Source of the DNA: Vitrella brassicaformis CCMP3155
Taxonomy: Eukaryota > Protista > Chromerida
Reading direction: 5' to 3'
NCBI GenBank assembly: GCA_001179505.1
Contig: CDMY01000262.1
Location: forward strand, 1-64,000
DNA length: 64,000 nucleotides
Shown: in pieces, positions 1-10,398 of the stretch
Layout of the letters: every line of letters starts with the position of its first letter
Position numbering within the stretch: position 1 is the first letter of the stretch
Program-made: the position numbers and the translations under genes
Notes under the pieces: model-generated
Seen by the model: only the letters and a program-made list of their open reading frames with translations
The model's database searches: none
What the model was told of the DNA's origin: nothing

Positions 1-330
1 AGTGGTCTTCTGTGGTCTCCTGACGGTCTTCTATGGGTACACGGGCCTCTTGATTGCCCGCTGCATGAGCCGGACAATGGACTACGGGAAGGAGCATCGA
101 ATACCACGGATAGCACAGGACTGGCCGCTCATTGGACGGGTGGCTTTTGGGCAAGTGGGGCAGACCATTGTCACGGCATCGCTCACCCTAGAGATCTGGT
201 ACGAAGGCTGCACGGGCACAGGCAATGATTGTCATCAGGGGCCTTTTCATTGTCTTGTGTTGTCAGGTTCGTATTGATATCATATCTGGTGCTGGTTGGT
301 GCTGGTGTTCAGAGCCTCGGGGTGGTGCTG
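1..330 (+). CDS. Amino-acid transporter (Aa_trans/AAAP family) internal fragment, cut by the window start; downstream exons not found
   Basis: ORF 2-198 plus intron 199-266 (GT..AG, phase 2) splices to ...GYTGLLIARCM...DWPLIGRVAFGQVG...LEIW|FVLISYLVLVGAGVQSLG, resembling AAAP TM2-TM3 (YTxxLLxxC, IGxxAFG). No further TM-coding exons are evident before 1500. Confidence 0.6.
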
Positions 331-1689
331 GTGCTGGTGTTGTATGGTTGGTGCTGACTTGAAAGACGTACGCAGACACTGACGTCAACTGTGTGCCTGG
401 ATCCGTGCGGTCATGCGTCAACGAATGAGCGAGCACACCACACTTCTGCCGACAATGCGAGGCGGTCGTCAGTTTGAATGCGTCCGTGAGTTGCTTTGGT
501 CTGGTCATTTCCTCACTCACACGCAGCAAGAGAGTCTGCATACTTCCACACACACACAAACATAAAGAAGAGATGACACCCACCCACACACCCACCCATT
601 CATCCATCCATCCTTTCATTCTATTTCATCAAGGCGATCAGCCACTTCACTCAATCAAACAGTCAGCCCCCCCTCACACCACAAACTCACACCTCTGTCC
701 CTCACCCCCTCACACCACTCCCTCACCCACTCACGTGGAAATGCCCTGTTGATGATGTCGTCCTCGACGTCGACGTTGAAGTGATTCAGCACGGCACGCC
801 AGCGGGACATCGATGTGGGGTAGCGGTCGGCAGGGCAAGGGGATACAGACACAACACCATGGGCATGCGAGCAGGTACTCTCATTGGTAGCTGTGTGTAT
901 GGGTTCTCACATGGTGTGGGTACCAATGGCGGAGAGGCTTGGCGACTGGCTCACGACCCTGCAGGCACCGCAAACGCACAGATGCATGCATTTGCTTCAG
1001 GGATTCAATGGTTCGGTTCTCGTCGACGTCCTACCCTGATAGACGCTCTTCTATCGCTCCAGAACGAGAAGAAGGAAAAGAATCTCTGCAGTGCATTCAT
1101 GCGTATGGCAGACGATCACACGTCGTGCCTTTTGCTCACCCGATGCCGTTCAGTGGTTCAGCGATGGGTCGCACCGGTCACACACAACAGGAAGCCTGCA
1201 ACCAATCCACAAGGATGCACAACGGAGGCGGAGGGGCTCATCGCCGCCATGCCTTGTGTGATGGTCGTGAGGGCGAAAGTGGCGGCCGAGATGCTGCTGG
1301 TGAGAGTGGACCAGTGAGAGGCAACAGACGGCACCTGATTCAGTCAGTGTACACAAAGGGGGATAGATGATGGATCATGGCGGCAGTGATGATGGGATAA
1401 CCTCTTTGACTTACAAGCGTCGCGTATCTCCTCAAAAGCATCTACTGGCCACCGATGGGCGACATCCACTCATAAACCTCTGCATCACCTCCTTCGTTCC
1501 ATGCTCACTATCGCCACTCACTATATCGATTCACCAAAAATGGCGATTCACTCAAGATATGAGCTGGTGCCAGCTCTATCCAGACCAGGGGGATGCATCC
1601 CCTTCTTCTTCCTCCTCTTCCGATCTGCGAGCTTACCTGCGAGCTTGTCTTTTTTTGCCTGCTGCTCATTTGAAAGAAAGAAAGCGACG

Positions 1690-4597
1690 ATGCCTTCTTT
1701 CGTATATGAGCAGCAGGTCGTCGCCTATGGAGCGGCACCAGCCCTCTTCCCACCGCAGCCCTTCCACCAGCATCAGCACCCGCAGCAACACCCCTTCTGC
1801 ATGTGGCCGACCCCTCCCCGAGTGCCCCTCAGGCCAATTGAGCGCCATCCCGCTCAAAAGCGGTGCAAACCGCCTGCACGGAAGCCGCCACGCACACAGC
1901 ACACACGTGGCGCCCCCTGGCGCACCCGCGTCAACCCGTACGTGTGTCCGCCTTGCCTTCGGGCTCGGCAGGACCCGTATGGCGCGACCGCGGCGCCCAC
2001 CGGCGCGCATGCGCCACCTGTCATGCCGGCCCCGCCGCACATGATGCAGCAGCACATCCGCCAGCCGCCTCCCATCGCTGCACTAGGTGCTTCGGCCGTG
2101 CATGCCCCTGGCTGGGGCTTCGTTCCGCCCGCCGCCGCCCTGGCGCCCAACCGTGCCCCACAGACAGCAGCAGCACCGCAGCGCTACGCCACCCGCGTCC
2201 GCCCCAACATCGCCGCCATCCCGAGGGCCATGCCAGCGGTGCCGGCTGCATCGAATGCCAGGGAGGGAGAGGGAAGGGAGAAGGATGAGGAGGAGAGGGA
2301 GGGAGAGGGGAGGGAGAGGGAAGGAGAGGAGGGGGAGAAGGACGGATGCCGCACCCCGCCAGCCATCAGTCACCAGCGGCAGGAGGACGGAGAGGAGAGA
2401 GAGAGGGGAGAGGACGAGGAGGAGGAAAGGGCAGAGAAGGCATCCCCCGAGCCGCCCTGTCAGCAGGAGGAGGAGGTGAAGGAGGAGCAAGAAGGCCGCA
2501 CCCCGCCAGCCACCACCCACCAGCAGCAGGAGGAGAGGGACGACGAGGGCAGGGAGGGAGATGTCCAGGAGAGGACCAGCCACACGAGCCAGCCGCCGGC
2601 AGCCTCTTCTACACCGGCAGCCCCAGCGTCACCCCCTCAGCAGGAGGACACAGAGGAGAGGGAGAGGGAGAGGGCAGAGCCTCAGGTTGACGAGGAGGAG
2701 GAGCGGGCCGAGGAGGCCGTTTCTGAGCCGCCACGAGAGGCCGAGCAGGGACCCAACGACGAGGCCGCACCTGCCGCAGCTGCTGCTGCCCCCAGCAGTG
2801 ACTTGCCTGTGGGCGAGAGTGACGAGACCGACCTGACTAGCGAAGGTACGCAAGGACGGATGCACAACAAGAAGGCGGACACAGTTTGACTTCATTCACT
2901 CACCCTCCTGTCTGTTGGTGTGATGTGTTGGTGCAGGTCTTATCGAGGCAGAGGCCGCTGCGCCCCCAGCCCCACTGCCACCCGCCGTGCCCGCCGCCCA
3001 ACCAGCCCACCACACCCGGCACGCTCGCCTTTCCGCCCACACCTTCGGGACAGACTATTGGTTCAATGAGAGAACCATCACATTGAAGGTGTGGGTGGAC
3101 GGGAAGGCGGGCTTGCTCAAGATGAGGACGCCAAGGGTCATCCTGGAGGCCATGAGGCTGGCGCGCCCCGACATCGACAGCCGAGTTGTCGACCGCATCG
3201 TCCACCGGGCCCTGATGGCGATCGAGGACGAGGCGCAGCTCCTCGATCGCCTGACGGGCCAACTGAGGGCACCGGCATTACTGTCGAGGGGTCACGTGGC
3301 GGAGGCGGACCCGATCAAGGTGCAGCTGCCCCCGCCCAACACCAGCACCCGGCAGGGCCTGACGGGTGACGAGAGGGTCACCATGGAGCTGGCTGGCCCC
3401 TTCTATACCGCAGAGCTGCTGCGTACGTGACAAGCACCCACACGATGCCATGAACTGCACGACGGATCTCATGCTCTTTGTGTGTGTGGGTGTGGTGCAG
3501 AGTACAAGGGGGAGGAGGCGCCGAACCTCACCCAGCTGACCATCGCCCGCGCCCGCATCACCGCCCTCCCCACCACACCCACCCCAGCGCAGCTCAAGGC
3601 CTTCGCCGCCGCCCCGGGCAAGGACCTCAGCGCCACCGTCATCAATGCCATCGCCGCCACCGAGCGCCACATCACCCAGGAGGGGCTTGTCAGCGCCCTC
3701 GAGGCCATCCACGACTTTGGCCAGCCCAAGAAGCTCGTGGAGGTGCCGCCAGGGGCCAGCGAGGAGGACCACCCGCCCACACGCCCTTACTCTCCCGCAC
3801 TCCACTGCGCCTTCAAGGACAACCAGCCCAATGTCGGCAGCTCGACCATGCTGCCGAGGATGTGGAGGGCGGAGGGAGGAGAGCTGCAGCTGATCCACGG
3901 CGACGCCCACGGGGGCAACCTCGTCATGGCTGGGGACGTGGGGAGGATGACGGCCTACCACATCGACCACGAGGCCACTCGGGAGGTCAACTACTCTGAT
4001 GTGGACGCCGTCACCAACCCACGTCTCGACGTCGTCAGCCCCCCACCCTACCGCCCCTACGTCTACCTGGCCGCCCGCGCCAAGAACGTCCCCTTTGCCC
4101 CGACCAGCAGCTACACTGACGTCTACGGCGTCACCATGAGTGTGGCTCTGTGTGCGCTGGCGGGGCACCGGGGGTTCTCCAAGCGCTTCCAGGGCTGGGG
4201 GATGGGCAAGCCCTGCGAGGTCGAGAGGCTCATCCCTGCGGACGAGAGGCTCATCCCTGTGGACGAGAGCCTCAACGCCGCCCTCCTCGAGACCATAGGG
4301 AAACAAGACGACACGGCACATGGGCGCTGCGGAGAGGAGGACAAGGGGCGATTCCCCAAAAAAGGCCGGAGGGCCATCGAGAGAGCCCACCGAAGGCTCT
4401 TCGGCGAGGTGTTGGGGGCCATCGAGGCTGAGGAGTGCGAGGTGGCCGGGGACCTGGTGGACCTCAGGATTGCGCTGGAGTGCCTGAAGACCATCCCTCA
4501 GCCACCCCAGCCCACCGAAGCCCCGCCACCCATCACCTTGGAGCCCCTCATCGCCACCCTCAAGCAGCTGATCGCAGATGCCTACCCCTCCGCCTAG
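1690..4597 (+). CDS. Divergent protein-kinase-like protein with long Pro/Gln- then Glu-rich N-terminus (kinase-like paralogue 1, intact, 912 aa)
   Basis: Exons 1690-2845, 2937-3422 and 3501-4597 splice in frame (both introns GT-AG, phase 1; 2739 nt = 913 codons; an alternative upstream start exists at 1501). Motifs: beta-strand Lys (GLLKMR), alphaC-like Glu (IEDEAQLL), catalytic loop LIHGDAHGGN (3896), IDHE (3962), alphaF-like YTDVYG. Confidence 0.75.
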
Positions 4598-4946
4598 GGA
4601 GGGGTGGCAACTGCCTAGCCGCCATCGCAGGGAGGGGGTGTGTGTGTGTGTGTGGACGGCGACCTGGGATGCGTCGACAATGAGGCAGACGCCGCCAGCA
4701 GCGCCCTCAGCAGCAAGAGCAACACCAACGTCCTGTCCACCACGCCTGTGGTGGTCCTGTCCACCAACGTCCTGTCCACATCCGCGTGTGCGTGGGCGTG
4801 TGTTTGCGGCTCAAGAGGGGGCGGGGGCGTGTGGGACGAGCTCAAGCCGGGCAGCAAAGGAGGAGGGGCGGACGGAGGGCGACCGTCGCAAGCAGGGGCC
4901 GCGCGACGGCGACCGTTGGGGCCGGAAGGCCAGCTCGGATGCCGAC

Positions 4947-5460
4947 ATGTACTCTGACGAGGGCGAGAGCGACTCGGTGTATGAGAATGGCGGTGGCGAG
5001 CCGCAGGGTCTGGACCTCGATGACCCCGACCTCTATCAAGACAGCGATGAGGACATGGAGCAAGACGATGACGTGGCGATCGAGGACGTGCCTGTCAAGA
5101 GGGGGCGGGGGCGGCCCAGGAAGGGCCAGAGGGGCGAGCGGGACGGTGAGTACAAGCCGGGCGACAAGGTCCAGGCAGCCAAGGGCAGCAAGAAGCGCCA
5201 GCGCAAGAGCGGCAAGGCTCTCGACGACGACATCGACCCGTCACTGCATCGGCTCAAGGACTTCATCAACAGGAGTGCGCGTGCCCAGCAGCAACAGAGA
5301 GGGCGGAAGGGCAGATGGACTTGCGGCGTCTCGCCTGACGGGGCGCCCGATGAGGACGACGTCGTGCCCCCGCTGGCGCCTCCGAAGGACTACGACCAGT
5401 CTGTGACGGACGGCAAGTCGGGTGCGTCGGACCACATCAGCGAGCCATGGGATCTGACTA
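4947..5460 (+). pseudogene. Acidic/basic low-complexity coding segment with an AT-hook (KRGRGRPRK); probably a gene fragment
   Basis: In-frame MYSDEGESDSVYENGGGEPQGLDLDDPDLYQDSDEDMEQDDDVAIEDVPVKRGRGRPRKGQ... with a canonical AT-hook core GRP; part is duplicated downstream with an in-frame TAG. Confidence 0.5.
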
Positions 5461-5676
5461 GCCGAGCAACCAGCAGCTGTAACAGAACACAGAGCAGTGG
5501 ACCAGCATCAGCATCTCGGTGTATGAGAATGGCGATGGCTAGTCGGAGGGTCTGGACCTCGATGACCCCGACCTCTATCAAGACAGCGATGAGGGCATGG
5601 AGCAAGACGATGACGTGGCGATCGAGGAGGTGCCGGTCAAGGGGGGGCGGGGGCGGCACAGGAAGGGCCAGAGGGG
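4974..5676 (+). repeat. Direct duplication of ~160 bp (4974-5134 and 5516-5676)
   Basis: Both copies begin tcggtgtatgagaatggcg and end ggaagggccagagggg; the second has ggc-TAG where the first has ggc-GAG. Confidence 0.9.
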
Positions 5677-5789
5677 TAGCTACAGACAGCCTGCACCAGA
5701 GATCTGAGCCATGGGACACCAGCCATGGGCGTGTCCACCTCATCCCAGCATCAGCATCATGCTGCGCGTGCCGCCACTGCCGCGTCTTC

Positions 5790-7793
5790 TGCAGAGGACG
5801 TCCGCAAGATCCGCGAGTACGACGAGCACCTGGTCGCCGTGGCGTTGAATGGAGGCTTCGGGAGGGATGCCACCGGCCTCACCGAGCTCATTGTCAAGCT
5901 CTTCAGCACTCCACGATTACCGGATGGACTTCATGAGCCCCTGATTGCCGAGATCGCGGAGGGCAAGGGCGAGGTGCATTTTGCTGTCCTGTGTCGAGTG
6001 TGGCGTAGCACGCCGACAGGGGCACAGCAAGATGGAGATCACCCTCGCCCACGACGCGCAGTCGTTGAAAAAAGGTGAGAGCGGAGGGAGGGAGGGAGGG
6101 ATGGACTGTGTGTGTCTGTGTGTCTGTCAGGTGTCTCGTTGTCGGTATGTGGTGGCCACTCTGCCGCTCGGCGTGCTGCAGGCCTCGCTCAAGTGCCACA
6201 TCAGACAACACCAAATCGACCAAAGCGACACACTCCAGAGAAGGTAGACACCCACCTCACCATGTGCTGCAATCTGCAGCCGTCGTGTCACGTCTTGTCA
6301 CTCCTCTCTGCATCTGTGTGTGTGTGTGTGTGTGTGTTTGTGTGCCAGTATGGTGAGGTTCGATCCCCCTCAGTCGGCGGCGAAGAGCTGGAGATACTCC
6401 GCTCAGCGGAGCTGGTCGTGCCGCGCATTATACGAGGCGAAGAGGATGAGTCTGACGGGTCTGACACCGACAGCGACTTCATCGACCTGCGCATCGACTT
6501 GGGCGTCATCGACCCTCGCAAGCACTTCTGGGCCTCGACCGTAACGGCATCGCGGCCGGTGCATGTGTCGTCGGTGCCGCCCAAGGCCCTGCCGGACGAC
6601 GGGTCATCGATGGACCCGTCAGGGCAAACAGGCGGCAGCCCCAGCCCGAGTCGATCCAGCTCCCCTCGGGTGCACGTCAGCCCTGTTCCCTCATCGCCCG
6701 AAGCATCGGTGACCCATTTGGAGAAGGGCCGCGACGCGACCAGAGAAGCGCTTTCCCAGGTGCACGGGCAGAAGGCAGTCGCTCAGGGCCATGTGGGTGA
6801 GGGAGGGGCAGCCGGCGTGGTCATCGAGGCCGTCGCCGAGCAGCATGTCGTCCAGGGCACGGCAGTTGTCGATCAGCCGTCCTTGTCGAGTTCATATGGT
6901 CGCAAAGCCTTCAAGAGCAAGCGGTCGCTCAAGCTGCACCAACTGGAAGGCCAAGAGAGCGGCCCGGTCGTCCAGGGAGATTCTGCACATCTCTCCACTT
7001 CCCGTTCCACTGCCGGCCAGTCACCTGTCCCGGTGGCGGTGTCCATGGAGGCAGAGGAGGGCGACCCGGGCAACGGCGCAAAGCTCGTGTGGGAGAAGGA
7101 AGGTATGAGACCTACACACACGCACACACATGGCATGGCGGAGGTCATCTCTCATCTCATGTCGTGCTCTCATGGATGGATGTCACGTGTGTGTGTGTGC
7201 AGGTGGTCGTCGGTTCGTGTGAGGCCGCGGGAGTGCCGTCTCCGCGCTGCAGATGCCGGGCCGCCGCATGCCAGCAATCCACCTGTGGGTCTTAGTCACT
7301 CGACGATTGACGGGCGAGGCCATCCGGCAGACCCGTTGGTCTCAGCAGCCCACACACGAAGGCCAGCTCTACTACGAGCGAGACACGACGCGTGTGCCGA
7401 GGCCTTACACGATAAGAGGCGTCAAGAAGGCCTTCCGCGAGGCGGCCGCATCCGATCACACACACTCGCCGGCACACCCACGCAGACGCACCCATTGCAA
7501 GCCAAGCAGCACCCACTGGTGCCGCTAGTTGGTGCCGCGAGTGCTGGTGCAGCAGCAGCAAACAAGGAGGATGGCGTGATGGTAGAGCTGGGGGCCAACT
7601 ACATCCACGGGTGTGGCGCTGGCCGTCAAGCAGGCCATAGGTTGGCCTGTGTGCTTGGACGGGAGGGCGTGAGCGAGCCGTGCGACACCGCCACCTTCAT
7701 GGATGCGGGCAGCGGGACGCGTGCGGACCCCGTCAAGGTGGCCGAGTGTGACCTGGTCTTCAGGGCAGTCGCGGAAGAGATCAAAGAGAGAGG
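5790..7793 (+). pseudogene. Scrambled fragments of a flavin-dependent amine oxidase (LSD1/polyamine-oxidase-like)
   Basis: Exon from 6131 reads VSRCRYVVATLPLGVLQAS (cf. the conserved 'VxxTxPLGVLK' motif). Segment ~7500-7793 reads PLVGAASAGAAAA...VMVELGANYIHGCG (cf. 'ELGAxWIHG'). The motifs are in reversed order and the LEARDRxGGR motif is missing. Confidence 0.55.
6377..6641 (+). repeat. Dispersed module C; inverted copy at 60409-60648
   Basis: Shared ...gacaccgacagcgacttcatcgacctgcgcatcgac...gtgtcgtcggtgccgcccaaggccctgcc...gggcaaacaggcggcagccc (DSDFIDLRID...VPPKALPDDGSSMDPSGQTGGSP). Confidence 0.9.
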
Positions 7794-8508
7794 TGCGTGT
7801 GTGCCCCCAAGACCATGACCACGGAGGCATGTCGGCACTCATCGTCTCTGTGCCTGCCTGTGAATGTGCGTGCAGCTCGTCACGAGTTCAACCCGTGCCA
7901 GAAGCATCCCCTGTGGCAGCAGACGCCCCCCACCCTCATGCACAGACAGTACGACCTCGCCATTGGCAGCCAACACACCACCGGACGGGTGTGCACACCC
8001 GATGACCCACACCACCACCGCCCCAACGAGCCATCCGCATCACACGGCGTCACGAGATACTGCAATGGAAACAACACAAAGCGGAGATCGCACACCTACT
8101 CGGTAAGAGACACACGCCAACAACCACAGCAAGGCAGCAAAACTCACAAGTGCTCTGTTCAGTGGTGGACGACACAGTGCGATCGCATCGGTCATCGACA
8201 GCGGCTCATCCTTGTTACTGGCATCGCAGTCATGTCGACGTCCTCTGTCTGCTCGCGGGGCTGCGGAGCGGTAGGCGGCGACTCGCTGCGACCCGCCGCT
8301 CGTTTGGCGGAGGGCGACATGGGTTCGCCATTGACGCGGGCGGCCGTGCTGGGCTTGAACAGCAGGCGATTGCTCCTCCCCGCCATCCACCCCCCAGCTG
8401 CTGCACACGTCGCCCCCGCAACTCTCTCTCTGGCGATTGAATTCGGGTTCATTCTAAAGGAGGGCCATCAGCTGATGGGGGGCTGCGGGTGGGGGAGTGC
8501 TCTCGTTG

Positions 8509-8725
8509 GGAGCTGCAGTCCGAGAGCCGGCCCCTGTTGATATCGGTCTCTGCTTGCAACGACAGGAAGGGAGTCGACTGGTTCGTCGATGTCAAGATGG
8601 GCAAGGGCCAGCGGCACGCCAAGCACCTCGAGATCCAACCGCCGTGGAGTATGTCAGCATCCATTCGTGCCAGCCTCAAGAAGGCCATCGCCTGCCGCGA
8701 TGACGTCCTGCGATTGGCAGAGACC
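8509..8725 (+). CDS. Possible AP2-like DNA-binding domain fragment
   Basis: ISVSACNDRKGVDWFVDVKMGKGQRHAKHL...SIRASLKKAIACRD has the pattern of three beta-strands (central W) plus a helix ending AIxxR seen in ApiAP2 domains; weak similarity only. Confidence 0.3.
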
Positions 8726-8825
8726 GTCAACAGGGAAGGGGTCGCGCCGCGGTTCCACCGGCGAGCCCTTGGGCGACCCTGACAGTGAGTCGTCAAAGCA
8801 GAACAGCGGCAACACCGGACGTAAG

Positions 8826-9015
8826 GTGAGTTCGTCCGGCACTCACTCAGTCCCCCCGTACAGTACACATGGACCATGACACGCACTCACTTGGTGTGGC
8901 TGCTGTGCGTTGTGTCGACCCATGCAGGCTGTGACACGTCGGCCATTCACGCCCAGCCTGCCAAACCCACACAACACAAGACAAGAGAAGGTGAGCACGG
9001 CAGACAAGAGAAGGT
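8826..9015 (+). repeat. Dispersed module A (intron + short exon); inverted copy at ~53470-53639
   Basis: Both copies: GT donor...acacgcac.cacttggtgtgg.tgctgtg...ac.catgcag|...cctg.caaacccacaca...gagcacggcagaca; ORF tracks 8876+ and 53366- both read TRTHLVWLL. Confidence 0.85.
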
Positions 9016-9374
9016 GCCGATATCTTACGACCCTTCCTTCCTTTGTCACGTGTATGCAGCCTTGAGCGTCAAGCAGCCCACAGGAGAGCCACCTGCCCAC
9101 TCTTTCGCGCGCCACACACACGACAGATGGATGGATGGATAAATAAATGGATGGACGAGTGGATGGATTGACGGTCGGGATGGATGGGATGGATGGATGA
9201 TAGGTAGATTGGAGTTTTCCCCCTTCTTCTCTCCACACCTACCTGTATATGTATGGGGCTGTGATGTCGGTCTTCTTTTTGTCGGTCGTGATGTCCATCT
9301 GGCGGCGTGCGTGCGTGTGTGTGTGTGTGTGTGTGTGTTTCGGCCTGGCCTCTTCTAAGTGTATGTACTGCCCC

Positions 9375-10398
9375 GGTGCTGCGGCCACTATAGGCCGCTT
9401 TGTGCTGATGTGGCCACCATAGGCTGCGTTGTGTGACACCGGTCTGTCTGTCTGTCTGTCTGTCTGTCGATCGGCTGGCTGCATGGTGTGTGTACTGTGG
9501 TCTGCTTTGGTTTCATTCACAGCACTGGCTGGCCGGCCTTCCCATAGGCGGCAGTGTGTGGCTGTCGCTGGGTGGGGCGGGACCTCATATCCCGGCCCCC
9601 ACTCACGTGAGCCACAACTGCGTGACATGGGATGTGCAGGCTGGCCCCGCTGCCGTCGTGTTTGCCACTCACTGGGGAGGGGAGGGCCACCGCTTGGGGC
9701 TGCTTTGGGGAAGGAACTAAGGGGAGGGGAACTGAGTTGCGTGTCGTGAGGGTGTCTGTCTTTCTGTCTGGCGTGTCGTGTGGGTGTGTCGCGGTGTCTT
9801 GTGCTGATGTGTTTCTTGTCCATCCATCCATCCATGCTACCCATCTGTCGACATGGGCAGTGAGTGAGGCGGTGACTGACGGTGTGGTGGGCGGGGGGGA
9901 CGCACCACGAGCGGCAACAGAACAGAAGAGAGAGAGACAAAGGCCCCCAGAAGAAGGCCAAAACAGAGAGAGGCCCCCAAAAGAAGGCCGAACAACAAAA
10001 GGAAGAACGTCTACTCTCTTCGTACAGACGCACATCTTGCACAAGTAAGAGAAGGCGACACGACGCCACACAACCACACAGCCACACATGTCTGTCTGTC
10101 TGCATCTGCCTGTTGTCTTGTTGCTTCAGGTGGGTCGACACACTCCAAGCCGCCAGTCAACTGGCCCAGCTGCACCAGCAGACCAGCACAGCAGACGACA
10201 ACGAGGTGCACCCCTCCCCTCAGCCCAAGAATCCGCCCAGGATCAAGCCGCGAGTGGCCAATGCCCCAGCGTTCGCGCACACAGCGCAGCCACACAGGAG
10301 AGGGAGGGAGGGAGGGAGGTGCTTGCCCGTGGGGCCAAGGAGCAAGTGCCCGCGCAACTGCGCAGCCCCACTGCTGCTGCTGGTTTGTACCCGATGTG
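9375..10398 (+). repeat. Dispersed module B (~1 kb); inverted, internally deleted copy at ~59545-60285
   Basis: Matching translations in opposite orientation (PKNPPRIKPRVANAPA.AHTAQPHRRGREGGRCLPVGPR; HHTVSHRLTHCPCRQ; GPQKKAK); no clear protein homology. Confidence 0.9.

Noticed and set aside
3278-4390. 370-aa minus-strand ORF (similarly 51184-52110 - and 47541-48479 -)
   Set aside because: Antisense shadow of GC3-rich coding sequence on the other strand; no motifs of its own.
6355-6372. GGTTCGATCCCC, a tRNA T-loop/B-box-like motif
   Set aside because: No acceptor, D or anticodon stems around it; it lies in exon-like sequence.
6112-7818. 568-aa ORF as a single protein
   Set aside because: Reads through obvious (TG)n introns (CVCVCV runs) and joins unrelated modules; not a real continuous CDS.
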